Shown: piece by piece, positions 39,281 to 52,139 of the stretch
Layout: each line of letters opens with the position of its first letter
How positions within the stretch are numbered: position 1 is the stretch's first letter
Assembly: GCA_951406725.2 (NCBI GenBank)
Contig: OX597817.1
Location: 126,046,001-126,110,000, forward strand
From: Octopus vulgaris
Lineage: Eukaryota
Reading direction: 5' to 3'
Length of the DNA: 64,000 bases
The notes under the pieces: model-generated
Database searches by the model: none
What the model was told of the DNA's origin: nothing
Seen by the model: only the letters and a program-made list of their open reading frames with translations
Position numbers and translations under genes: made by a program

Positions 39281-42200
39281 AACTAGATTCTCAACTAATA
39301 AGGACTGGTAAACTAAAATCTATCTGTAACAGCTCTGCTTAGAACTCTAAATTAATTATGTGACGGCTTTTTGCCGTGAACTCTAAAATATTGTAATAGC
39401 TTTCGCTGACTTCAATGTGAGTTTTTGCAATATTTCTTCCTTAATACATAACTGAATTATTATGGACTTGTTTCGTATAATTGCCATTTCCTTTTTGTCT
39501 AACCGTAACAAACGTGGGGGCTACTCAGGGATATCGAAGAGACATCCCCCACCCAAAAAAAAAGATCTATTTCATTTTTCTGCATAACCTCTTTTTTTTT
39601 TGACTGAAACCAATAAAACAAAAATGTCTTTTAAACTGTCGGATTTTCTAAAGTCCCCTATCTGTGAGGCAGTAGGTACCTTGCGCAAATCGGATCTGTC
39701 GGACATTTCGGCGCACTTCAAATTTAGGGCTAAACCTGCTATGAGGAAGTGTCAGATCTTGAAAATTGTTTTGAATCACTTCGTCGATGAAGTCGACTTT
39801 GAACATCATGTTTTAGAGATAGTAACGGAAGAACCTTCAGATGATTTGGAAATAAAAAAGGCTTCAGGTCCAATTAGAAATGAAGTTAGGAAAAGAAATT
39901 GAGCTTAAAAGATAGAAACTTCTTTTCCTCCCTCAAATCTTCCCTGTTTCGAAGTTGCGAGATATGCCAGACTAGTTCTTCCTTTCAATGAAAAAGAGGT
40001 AGAGAAGTATTTTCTACATGTCGAAAAGGTTTCTGAAAACATCAAGTGGCTTAAGGAGTCGTGGACTATGCGACTGCAAAGTATGTTGCCAGGTAAAGCT
40101 CAATACACATTTACGGCCTTATCTGCAGAATAGCGTTCAGATTATGATCTGGTTAAGGGGACATAACTAAACACTTATGAGTTAGTACTCAAAGCTTATC
40201 AACAAACATTCAGGAATGCTCATAAAAGAGACAATGAGATTTTTGTAGAGTTTGCTAGGAAGAGAGAAACTTTCTTTGATTGGTGGTGTAGTTCTAAGGT
40301 GGTCACATATGTTGATATCTTGAGGCAGTTTTGATGGAGGATTTCAAACAGAGTGTTCATTCCGATCTCAGGATATATTTGGATGAAAGAAAGGATGGTG
40401 TTTTCTCATAATGCCGCTATGTTGGCGGATGACTATTACCTGACTCACAGCGATTCTTTTTGATCATCGTCTTCTGGTTCAAAAGGGTTTGTTCCCGGGT
40501 AGGAGTTCAGGTCTTGCAGGTTCCAGTTGTGATAGAACGAGATCACTTTTTTTCGGAGAGGCGGTCCCATTCACCCTAGCTTAATTCTAGGATTCCCACT
40601 GGTTTTGGTCCTGTATGTGCATATTGTAAGAGGCCAGGTCATTTGATTCCGGCATGTCCCAAACATATCAGTCCACGGTTTTCCCAAATGCTTTTGTTTC
40701 TGTCGCACCTAATCCTTTCTCTTTGGAGAGTTTTGATTGTGAAAGAGAACTTCCAGATTCCATAGTTCGGAAGCTTTTGTCCTTTGTATACAAAAGTTCC
40801 GTGTCATGGGTATAATTCTGCCATTAATATTTTGCGGGATACTGGAACTCTCCAGTCCCTGATATTGAAGGATATATTTCCTTTCAGCGAACTCAGAGGT
40901 TTCGCTTCAGACTATAGGTGGCTATTTTCTCGCTCCCCTCCATTTTGTCAATTTAACAGCAGATTTGATTTCTAGTGAGGCGAAAGTAGGTGTTCTTGAC
41001 TCTCCTCCAGTTCCGTGTGTCGATTTATTGATCAGAAGTGATCTTATGGGATCCAATGTGTTGCTGATCCCATGATCACTGTTTCTCCAGAGAGTTCAGC
41101 TAGTACAGAAAAGATAGAGGAGGATTTTTCCGGTATTTTTCTTTCTTGTGAAGTTATTCGTTCGATGTCGAAAGACATCTCTTCCAAGTCTTCTTTACCT
41201 AAGTATTCCATTTGTGATTTGTCAGGTAATTTCATGGATCATTCTTTTTGCAAGGTATAAGCATTCTTTCTAGAGAGCAATTTGTTAGTACGCAGAGTGA
41301 GGATGCTGACTTACAGAAGTTAGCTAATAAGGCTATTTCTTTTGAGGAGATTAGCTAGATTCCAGTTTGCTACTGCTTTCGGGATGATATTATGATGAGG
41401 AAATATAGACCACCGGACATTTCCGCGGGGTATGTGTGGAAAGTGTACCATCAAATTGTGGTACCTAAATTGTTTCGGAATCATGTGCTTTCAATGTCAC
41501 ATGAAGGTCCCATGGCAGATAAAGCATCTGAAAAAATTTGGTATATTTCGTTTTGCCTAGTTTGGATCAAGATGTGGCTGAATTTTGTAAAAACTGCCGT
41601 GCATGCCAAATTGTTAGAAAACATTTCAGTCATGTTGATTACTTACCTAAGACTAACTCTGTTACTTGGTGTCCTCTCACTATCATATGTGCTTCTGCCC
41701 GATTTCCTCAAGCTATTCCTCTTCGTAGGATTGCCGCTCTTGTGATTGCAAAGGATTTGGTTTTCTGTATCTGCATTGTATATCATACTTCAGTGTTTTA
41801 CTTACGATGTTAAGTGTATTATCACTGTTATTGTTACAGAAAGCGTTTGTGATACTTTCGTTACCCTAAGTGGGTGTGAGTGTTAGGAAAGTGTGTTTTC
41901 CTTGGAAATAGGAGACAGTGAATTCTGTTTCGGCATGTAGATGCGAACCTGAATTTATAGAATTCCCCTTGAGGTTACAACGGCCTTTTCTCACGGAAAA
42001 TGCAATGGTTGACAGCAGTGACGCTCAACACATGGCCTGCCAAATAAATTCATATATTTCCCACTTGACATTTTTGACCTCTCCTATGGCAGAAAAAGCT
42101 GAAATTAAATAAGAGGCACCTACAAATGTTTTCCATTGTTCTCGGTGACATCTCTCTCTTTTTCTCATTTTTCTGCGATAATTATACATACCAAAATTCC

Positions 42201-42743
42201 ATAAGCCAAAGTTAGTGAGTAGAAGGAGTTGGTTGGATGAAGACGACAGGAGACGACTATGATATTTACAACTTACACTAGCACGCTTTAGTATGACATG
42301 GGTCATCCTCTCTTTCTATGTCGCTGCTAAAATGACCAGCAGAATGATTGCATCTTTCTGTCTTTCGCCTCTATCTCGCTGTCAGAATCTACATACTACT
42401 ATAACCAACGTAAACACCGTACAAACACAAGGAGATAAAAAGATCAGACTCCTTTTTGTTTTCATTGCCTTTCTGAGAATTTGGAATGAAACAAGGAAAT
42501 TGACGACGTCGATCTCCAACACGAGATTTTCAAACAGTAATGACTGGCAAACTCAAATCTATTTGTTACAGCTCTAGTTCAAGCTCTCACATTTTGTGAC
42601 GGCTTTGTGCCGGGAACTCTAAAATATTGACAGCTTTCGCTTAGTTTGGTGTGGATTCCTGCAACATTTCTTTCACAATGCATAATTGAATTATTATGGA
42701 CTTGTTTGTCATATTTACTGTTTCCTTTTGTCTAATCGTAACA
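39281..42743 (+). mobile_element. Decayed Gypsy LTR retrotransposon of Gmr1 type (gag-PR-IN; RT/RH deleted)
   Basis: Truncated 5' LTR at 39281-39510 matches ~42520-42743, and both end CGTAACA. The 3' LTR probably starts at TGTTAGG 41881. Gag MSFKLSDFLKSP..LRKSDL; PFNEKEVEKYFLHVEKV..W..ESW; zinc knuckle CAYCKRPGHLIPAC (40616); protease ILRDTG (40827); integrase HEGPMA..CKNCRACQ. Confidence 0.88.
39515..39532 (+). promoter_or_regulatory. Primer-binding site, tRNA-Pro-like (degenerate)
   Basis: TGGGGGCTACTCAGGGAT lies 4 nt after the LTR end. The canonical tRNA-Pro PBS is TGGGGGCTCGTCCGGGAT. Confidence 0.7.
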
Positions 42744-42962
42744 ATAAGCATGTACATGCGTGCGTTTTGCCTATTGGTGTAGATAAGATGGGCATGCAAT
42801 ATTGGCATTTCCTCTTTGATGGCGATGTTCATAGCGTTATAAATTATCTGCAAACGTTTTTAAATACACGCCAACAATCTTCATTTAACTGGTCATTAAT
42901 TACCTCCTGCACTATGTCAATATATATATACATATATATATATATATACATATATATATATG

Positions 42963-43008
<46 letters not shown>

Positions 43009-44012
43009 TATATATATATATATATACATACATACATATATGTCCGCGTGCATATATGTGTGTACATATATGTATACACACCCATATACATACATATACG
43101 CACATGCACGCGTATTACTAGAGAGAATGGCAGACCCATAATCATTTTTAGCAATTTTCGTTCCTTAATGTTACATAATTGAAATGGATGTATGGTGTTA
43201 ACTGAAGAAGTGATTGGCATTGACACACAGATAAATCAAGCCAAGATGTGGTTCGAAGAAGCACGATTTTATTTCATCCTATTTGCATCAGGTATGTGTT
43301 TAGAATGAAGTCAGGAAGTAAATATAAAATACATTGTAATATATGAATTGAGGTCAAGTAATAATTGTGATGCATTTGTTATCAATGCACCACTTGTATG
43401 GTGAGTTGGTATGCTCACAGCGTTCGCTAACTCCTGTAGGTGCCTATGCATTTATTCCTTTTTCTCTTGTGACCAATCTGAACATTGAATATGTGACACC
43501 TGTACACATACTATGTGGCAGGAACACTAAACTTGTACTCATTTTCATGTGTATAAGGGAAGCAATGGGTAAGAAGAACAACGTAAAAGGTAACAATTAT
43601 GATAGTGGAATATATACATTATCTCTTAGTCAAGTACTTTCATAATTACATACATCGATACGTATAAATACTATATATGTGTATAAATATGTGTGTATAT
43701 ATGTTTGTGTATATATATATATACATATATATTTATACACATACATACACACACATGAATATCTACATGTATATGTATGTAAACGTATCGATGCATGTGA
43801 TTATGAACCCACTTCACTAAGTGATAATGTATACATTCCACTATCAACGTTGTTACTTTTTACGCTGCTTTCTTACCCCTTTGCTTCTTTTACATACATG
43901 GAAATGAGTACCAGTTTAGTTTCTTGTCACGTAGTCTGTGTACAGCTGTCACATATATATATATATATATATATATATACACGCATATAAATGCACAGAT
44001 ATACAAATACAT

Positions 44013-44170
44013 ATACGGCGTCTGATCAATAAGCGTCCAGATTGCAGCTAAAGCACGCAAAGGAAACAACATGCTTGGCAAAAATTGACATAGATCTCTG
44101 CTGTGCATGTGCACTTGGTTTTAGCGTTCATATCCCATGTTTAATGTATTTTGTACTAGCAGCAATGGGT
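44013..44170 (+). mobile_element. Possible Tc1/mariner terminal fragment
   Basis: TA-CGGCGTCTGATCAATAAGCGTCCAGA resembles mariner-type TIR starts after a TA. No partner TIR found. Confidence 0.35.
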
Positions 44171-46504
44171 AATGTGCGTATAGTTTCGCTGAAAAAGTGT
44201 GCGAACTTTATGAGTAACTTGATAGGATATTATCTAACACTGAAAAAAACTGGATTTAATATATTTTTTCTGTGGACAATGTATATATAATGAGTTGTAT
44301 GCAATAATGAATTATAGTAAGATTGCTATTACCTATTATGAAGAGGACCGTCTACTTCAGAGACTAAAATACATATAAGTCAAGAAATTGATACGGAGGT
44401 TTAAGGAAAATATTTTGAATAGTGCCATTAGCATTAACTATCAACTTACAAATACCAGTGTAGATTAGATGAAGACTGTGAATAAACTTTTAACATCTGT
44501 ATCTAAATCTCTCCTTCTGAGAGCATTTGAAATCGCGAGATATTCTTCTGTCATCAGCGGTATTTACATCAGTATCATTACAAATGACATGTATTGGTTT
44601 CTGCCGGGACAGAGAATAAGGGTAACACGATATCTGACATCCCAATGTTCATTTGGGATGCAATGTATACACAGTAAAAAACTGTCGGTTCTTCATAAAT
44701 ATTATAACCAAGTTTACAAAACCCATAATATCTAAATTATACAGATGATATTCAACTTCTCCCATACTACGCATGTCCAAGGCATGAATAAATAGAGAAA
44801 CAACGTAAAAGGCTAGTATACAAAGCATAACCTGAAAATCATCATCCAAATATATATCTAGCAACTGAAAGTGATGAACTTAACTATAGACCTTTATTAG
44901 CTGTCAACGCTTCAATGGGGACATCGAAGGAGTATATAAAAATTACTAACCACTTCCAGTATTTTGAAACAGAATTCAAACACTAACAGAACTGAGCTTT
45001 CTACTAAAGAATTACATTAAAAAATGTATGCGCGGGTGGCCTATGTCTGAAACTGAAGGTCCTACAATCTCACTCAGATTCAAATATTGAAACGTGGATA
45101 GGAGCTTGTAGAATCTGCATTATTTGCCGGTCTGAATAACCTTCCTTATCGCAAGGATATAGGCGGTGTCATTGACAAACACCTATCTAAATCTGATGCT
45201 CACTTCAATATAAAGAATACAAAAAAATATATATATTCGATTAATTTTGGAGAATTGTTTTTCGCAATAACATAAAGAACATGTACAACTGAAAAGCAAA
45301 CATGACGATTTGAACAATTGTAGTCCCAATGTCTAATTGAGAGTGGTTATAAGATCACCATTGGAAATTTCGACCAAATATAATAGTAAATTCAAACAAC
45401 CACATTTGAATTTCAGTGTCTCTATAAAGGGGCCTGAATATATCAAATTAATATACACTAACCAATAAGATGCTTCAACGAGAGACAGTTCTTTCTGCGA
45501 CCTTAACCTTTTAGTAGTCAGTCGCATTCAGACAGAATTCCTTTATATTTTGAAAATCTATGGAAGAAGCGACTGAATTATCAATTTCATTCGCTCACAT
45601 ATATACAACACCACCCACCCGCACAAACATTTGTATCCACGCCGCACGAATACCATAACATAAATACAAACACTATAGTTATAGCACACGCGAGCGCTCG
45701 TACACGTACACGCACATGCACACATATCCCCCCCACACACACACACACCTAGTGGATACCTCACAATTTCAGCCCTGGAAATCACTTTCTCAAATTTTCG
45801 TCAAAGAAAACAATAGTAGAATTTATTTCCCCAAACATCCGAATAGTGGGATGGAATGCTGGACGGAGTGGTTACTAAATAGAACTATTTATCACTAGAG
45901 CTACGTTGTCATGCATAAGCATGTTCTTAGAGCTAATGACCTAAAACGCTGATGCTAATGCAAATGATTAAGTAAGTAGTCGTGGGGTATATGTAAATAC
46001 GTGTATATTTACATGTGATTAATGAGCATGAACCAACACACGGGGCTTCATATTTGAAAATGTAAAATCGTTTTAATATGAAACATATTTCTAAGCTTTT
46101 TTTTTTCTTTCAGGCGTTCGGCACCACTGATTTGGAAAATTTTAATTCAAGAAAATAAATTTTGTTTTGTTTTAATATATAAAGCGTAACGATTGATAAA
46201 CATAAAACGTGAAATTAAAATTTATTACGCGAATAATTAATTATTTCGTGTTTATCATCGGAATGAAACGTTCTTTTATATATTAATGAAGCACGAAAAA
46301 ATGATAGATTGTCCTATCTGCTATTTAACTTCACTTCAAGGATATCCTTATAAAATCTCCAGATTACTTAACGCTATAAATATTTAGAATTAAATGCAGA
46401 GACGATGCCTGTAGTACATAATGTACTGTGTATTTCAAGTTGAAGTGGTTCAGTTCAAATTTCCAGAATTCTTAAAAAAAAAGGTTATGGGAGAAAGATC
46501 GTTA

Positions 46505-46944
46505 GGATCTTTTCAGTTTGAACGGCAGTTTTTAACATAATTTTTAGGTAACTTAAAATTTTAAAACTTCATATACTGGTAGAATGTGTTTATAAAACAC
46601 CTTTTTCTCTTGGTTTTTTGAGAAAATTCTATAGTTTGTTAGATATTTGTTGTTTTTTTCTTCAATTTCTGCAATTTCAACCAATCAGTGATGTCTATTG
46701 AGTTAAAAAGCATTCTGTGCCGTATGGCTATGTCCCTCGTTTAAGAAACAGATTGGGTTTATTTACATTTGTGAAGAAAATAGTTACCCTTCCCCCACTC
46801 CTAACCCTAATACTAACCCTAACCCTAACTAACCCTAACCCTAAATGTGATTGAAATGCAATATATCAATTCTAGGGTCATAATTATGGGTGACAATTTC
46901 ATATGGCACCGCTTGAAAAACTGCCGTTCAAACCGAAAAGATCC
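46505..46944. mobile_element. MITE, Merlin-like, with internal telomeric repeats
   Basis: 29-bp TIRs GGATCTTTTCAGTTTGAACGGCAGTTTTT / AAAAACTGCCGTTCAAACCGAAAAGATCC (1 mismatch). Perfect 8-bp TSD GATCGTTA (46497-46504 and 46945-46952). (CCCTAA)n at ~46800-46844. Confidence 0.88.
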
Positions 46945-47998
46945 GATCGTTATGTTTATTTATTAGTCTTCTACAAAGCTGTGTATAAAATTATTAAATA
47001 AACCATCAATGACAGGGACCTCGCACTTCTTTTAACGGCCAGTGTAGAGGAGAATAAAACAAGAGTTTAGAAGAAGTAAGATAAATATTTTATAGCTCCT
47101 TTTTCATAGCCCACAATTTCTTTCACACTTCTCATTTACAGAACAAAAAATAATATTACATTGGTTTCCATTGAGACGTGGGTTTAATTTAATTTGCATA
47201 TGATTGAAAATATGACAAACATGTATGAACGCTGCTGAATGTAAACGCCTTTCTTTTTTTTTTAAATTTTCTTTTTAACCTCTAATGTAAGAAACTGAGA
47301 CAATTTTATGACGTGAATAAAATTTGTTAAGAGAACTGATTGAATCTGATCTTTCGTTTTACTGATATAATCTGTTCTAGAGTATTACTGGTAGACGTAT
47401 AATCAAATAAAAAGAAATAAAGGTAAATATAATTGTAGAAAATTTATACAAAACATATCACCCATAGATATCATAATGTTTTTCCACCCTCTGTAATTGT
47501 TCTCTAAACCAAGCATCTATTTTATCTATGCATCAATCTATATGGGTTTGCTATTCATTAACTTGAACATTATTGTTATGAATATCATTGACGCGAGAAG
47601 TTTTAAAGATTTGGATCACATACGACAACTTCTGCTTCACAGACATGCAGTCGAATTTTTTTTGTTTATCTTAACACACTCTGATATTCTAATCTTTTTT
47701 GTTGCATACATTTTATTTCTGGCTCACCAAACACGCTTATCTCTGCTCTTCTTTTCAATTTACACACTTCCATACTCTGTATTTCACACACTCCATAAAA
47801 TCGCTGGAAATATCTCTATGTGATAGCATACGATTGTTATTAGACTCTAAGTTGTAGTTGTCCAGTCCGAACAGATGACGTATGAACACATCAGTATTAT
47901 AGATGATTACATTTCATTTCTAGCAGAAATCATCCATCAGACAAAATAAATAGCATAACATTTTGCTTAAGCATTATGAAAATCTAAGCAAGCTTATA

Positions 47999-48197
47999 GA
48001 GTTTTATAGTCACAAAAGATCAATGTTGAATAGCCGCAACTATCAAACTTGTTTAAATTATTGTTTGTTATTTTCTTAATATTTTATTAAAGTCTAAGGA
48101 AACATATGGAGTTTTATAGTCACAGATGATCAATGTGGAACAACCACAAGTATCAAACTTATTTCAATTATCGTTTGTTATTTTCTTAATATTTTAT
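47999..48197. repeat. Local tandem duplication, period 110 bp
   Basis: GAGTTTTATAGTCACA..TTTTCTTAATATTTTAT at 47999-48087 and 48109-48197. Confidence 0.85.
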
Positions 48198-51100
48198 GTA
48201 ACTTTCTTCAGATTAATTCATTTCTATTATCCCGATGAAAGTGTTTTACTCTGTATTTTTAAATAGACGTTTCCCAGCTTTGTCGTTGTTATTATTTTCT
48301 TTTTGTATGTTACAGACTGTTCTTATCATATGCTAGTAATATATCAAAATAATATAACATATAAAAGTAATGATTTGGAAGTGATGTCACTGAATATGCC
48401 ATTAGTATTCCAGCCCATGTTTCATAATTCATGATTCCATTAAAATAAACTATGAAATATGGCAGTTTCATTCGTTTATCAAAATTGTTTTTTTTTATTT
48501 CGCGTTTTGTTCTTTGAGCGGTGTTTCATATTTTTATTGCATACTACATCAAGATTTTCCAGAATTGTTGAATGATTTTACATTTTCATCATAAAGTATT
48601 CTAATAACTGTCACAAATTTGGAGGCAATGTTTCAAGATAAACGTATTTATTTAATAGAGTGCAGATTATTTATAGATGTCATGAAAAACTAAACAATAT
48701 AATTCAGTGAAATAGTTACATTGAAAACGATATAAATTTATTTAATTAACGCATATATTTTATAAAGGATAACTTCCAGTTATTGGGATAAGTTATCAGC
48801 AAATGTAAATATAAACTGTTCATTTGAATGTTTTTTTTTTCGGTATAAAATTTAAAACTAAAAGCTATTTGTTTTTGCCCTTTTACACTTTTGCATATTT
48901 TGCTTGTTCTTTGTCAAAGTAAACTAGCTCTGTAGTATATTTTCTTCATGTCGAATCGAATGTATGCTTTTGGTTGTATAGCAATTCCGTTCTACATCAA
49001 TTCGATTGTACGTCATTTATCGATAAACATATAAGCACTCCCTAGCTGCATTAGAAATGCCTCCCTTCCTCTTTCTGAGCTTCTTACAAATCTATTTAGT
49101 GAAAAGTCATATTCTATAACTAAAAAAGAACACACCATATTGGTTTCCAGGAACAATTCTAAAATGACAGAATTGGTGTAAAATAAACCAAGCACAAAGA
49201 ATATGGAAACATACATAAGCAGATTATATCATTAGGTAGAAAATTACATGATGCTCTCATGGATGACTTTAGAATAATTATGAAAGAGGTATGCCCAGGT
49301 AAATTTGTATGTATGTGACCTGCCTCATGCTTCTAGGGTCCTGAGAAATTGTTATCAAGATGACATTCATTCCGTGTCAGTCTTGATAAGGCTAACATAT
49401 GCTCGAAAACATTCAAGGCTTGAAATTCACGTCCTTTTTGTTACACTTAGACAGCATCGTCGGGACAAATAACGCAACATATTCCGTTGCACTCGCTAAA
49501 GGAATTGTAAGTTCTGTGACTTCTATCCGTCAATTAAGTAATTGTAATATGCACGAAAAATCGCATTATTTCTGTACCTCATTATAAGTATAACCATTAT
49601 TTGTTCGCGGATTCAGGAAGCTAAAATTCAAATTTCTTCATCGCCTCCAAGATTAATTCTGATTTAAAATGTTTTTAAAACTATTTGCAACAGAAAGTAG
49701 AAGCGTACTTCTGGTATATCTCAGTACAAGTACAAAGCTTGATGAATAGTCATTTCGAAATACTATGTTATTTCTTTACAATCACAATCCTTCATATCAT
49801 AATCATAATATATTATGCTAGGTACATTGAATTAGTCAAGTGATATATTCTTTGGGTAACTCCCCATCAAAATACGTTGCTGTGTTGAGCTGTGGGAAGT
49901 AGTTAAATGCAAATAAATATTGCAAGTTTAATGATTTCCAAATGCAGCTACATTCATTAATAATTTTAAAGGAAATGTTATCAACCAGCTTCTATAATAA
50001 TTTGTCACCACTTACCGTCAACGTGAGCAAAATATACATATTACAATATAGGATGTTCTTAAGACGTATCTCCGAAAAAATAATGCTTCTTTCTTGTTTT
50101 AGCATTATTTCACGGATTCTGTCGTAAGATATTCTAAAAACCACATCTTATAGCACCAGTAATTTATGAAAGACTGCCTTGTGTTTATAGTTGCTATTGT
50201 TTAGAACGATGTCGGTCTATATCGAGTGTGCATCGAATCATCTTGACGTTCCATTAGTCATTACCCTGTCTTTTGTTCAGGCCTGATACTATGCGATCCA
50301 ATGTGTTCTTTATTACTAAAATGATAGTGTGTAGCTGGGATGTGAAGTTTTTCGGATCGAATGGCCTTTTGCCACTTCATTTCTGTGTTTACATACATCT
50401 AGGCTACTTTGTAGAAAACATCTCTGTTCAAATGCATTTTAGTAATGGCTAATGCTGTCTTTTATATTAGCGCCAGATTGTCTCAGACGTACGCCTTGAT
50501 ATGTATGTAGCTGTAGAATGTACTAAGTCTTGGCATTTTTATCTGTGACAGCTTTCGCACTATCATCATTGTACATATCAAAAACTGTCCTAATATTAAT
50601 GATATAAATAATGTTTTTTTATTTTAAATAGCTAAATCCTCTTAGTGAGTCTATTGATTGGTAGCATTACACTTTCTCAAGCGTGTTCAAATATATCAAA
50701 GTAAAAAGATTTTGTCTAGTGGTGAACACATATGCTCATGGATTTATACTCACACAGAAACATATATACATTCATACATTCACACAAAATGACATATTTT
50801 CTTTCCGATAGATAATGATCAATGCATATTTATGATTTCAATACCTTTTAAATCATTCTTTTGTTATTAATAGATACAGATTTTCTTCATAATACACTTC
50901 CTGTTTCCTACTCTCTTCAGTGACACAGAAAATAACATTATTCACTCATTCCTAAACTGTCTCCAGAATATCGTCTCAAAGGCACCTTCAATTATGATGT
51001 CTAAAGTACATTGTCTAGTATTTGATTTTTAGTGTTTAGTAGATAAAATGAAAATCGTCAAACGTAAACAGGATTCAGGCAACAAATAAAAAAAGGCAAC

Positions 51101-51931
51101 TCATAGGTTAACAAACATATATGACAATAATTTTTTAAACAATTGTTTAGTTAAATTATACAAAACTGAATTGTGTCTAAGTATCACTTGTGCCATTTTA
51201 TCCCCTATATAACCAACGCATCCATAAATACACATGTGCAAGTGCACGCAAAAATACACACACACACATATATACATACGTACATACATACCTACACTGT
51301 CCACAACACATGAGCACCCAAATGCGCGGCACGTCAACACACATAACTAGTGGGATAGAGATTTATAGATAGATAGATCGATCTAGAGAGATAGGGAGAC
51401 AATGAGCGAGATAGAGAGAAATAGAGCAAAAGAAATAGAGAGATGCATCCGGGTTCTCCGTAGGGTCTCCCAGCGAAATTACAACGGCTTGAAATATGAA
51501 TTTAAGAGAACACGCATCCAGAACATTAAACAAGACGTTGACCATGAAAGCATGTTAGAAAAAAGCGTGCACAACGTAAACCTTTATTACTTGAATCCCA
51601 ATATGGAATTCCTTATTATAGGTAATAGGTTATATTTTGCAATGTTGCGAAAATATGATGATGAAATATAAATGTTTTAAATGTTTATGTAAAATATAGG
51701 TTAAATAAAGATATCTAATGAATTATTAAAGAATGGTGTATGTATATGGAAGAGTTTTACCTATACTATTTCAGAAATATCATGACGCGGAGTAGGAGTA
51801 TATGGACAATTTAAATGATCAAGTAATATTAACATGTATTTTCATGACTGAAACATAAATTTGCAAAGGATTTCTACATAAGTTTATGAGAATTCAGAGA
51901 ATTTCAGATAGAGTGAATAATAATAAAACTA

Positions 51932-52100
51932 CAGCTCTATATTTAAGAGATGGGGTATTATGTACATTATTTACATTATTTGCATTTGACAGATATTTGT
52001 CCTCATCTTGTTTGTTGTTAACACAACGTTTCGGCTGAAAAGCTGTCTTGGAAATATTTCGAACACTGCGTACTCATTCCTAAGGTATTTTTTGATGTTG
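51932..52100 (-). mobile_element. Left arm of inverted PLE pLTR (3' half of a minimal HHR)
   Basis: Minus strand GGAATGAG..TTCGAAATATTTCCAAGACA[deletion]CAGCC-GAAA-CGTT-GTGTT-AACAACAAACAAGATGAGGAC. Homologous to 22330-22440 and 54541-54605. Confidence 0.7.
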
Positions 52101-52139
52101 TTATTATTATTACTATTATTTTATTATTATTATTATCAT

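Noticed and set aside
46095-46150. Polypyrimidine tract plus CAG resembling a splice acceptor
   Set aside because: No convincing downstream reading frame or donor site, so a host exon cannot be supported.
46800-46844. Telomeric repeat suggesting a chromosome end or fusion
   Set aside because: It is short and lies inside a TIR/TSD-bounded MITE.
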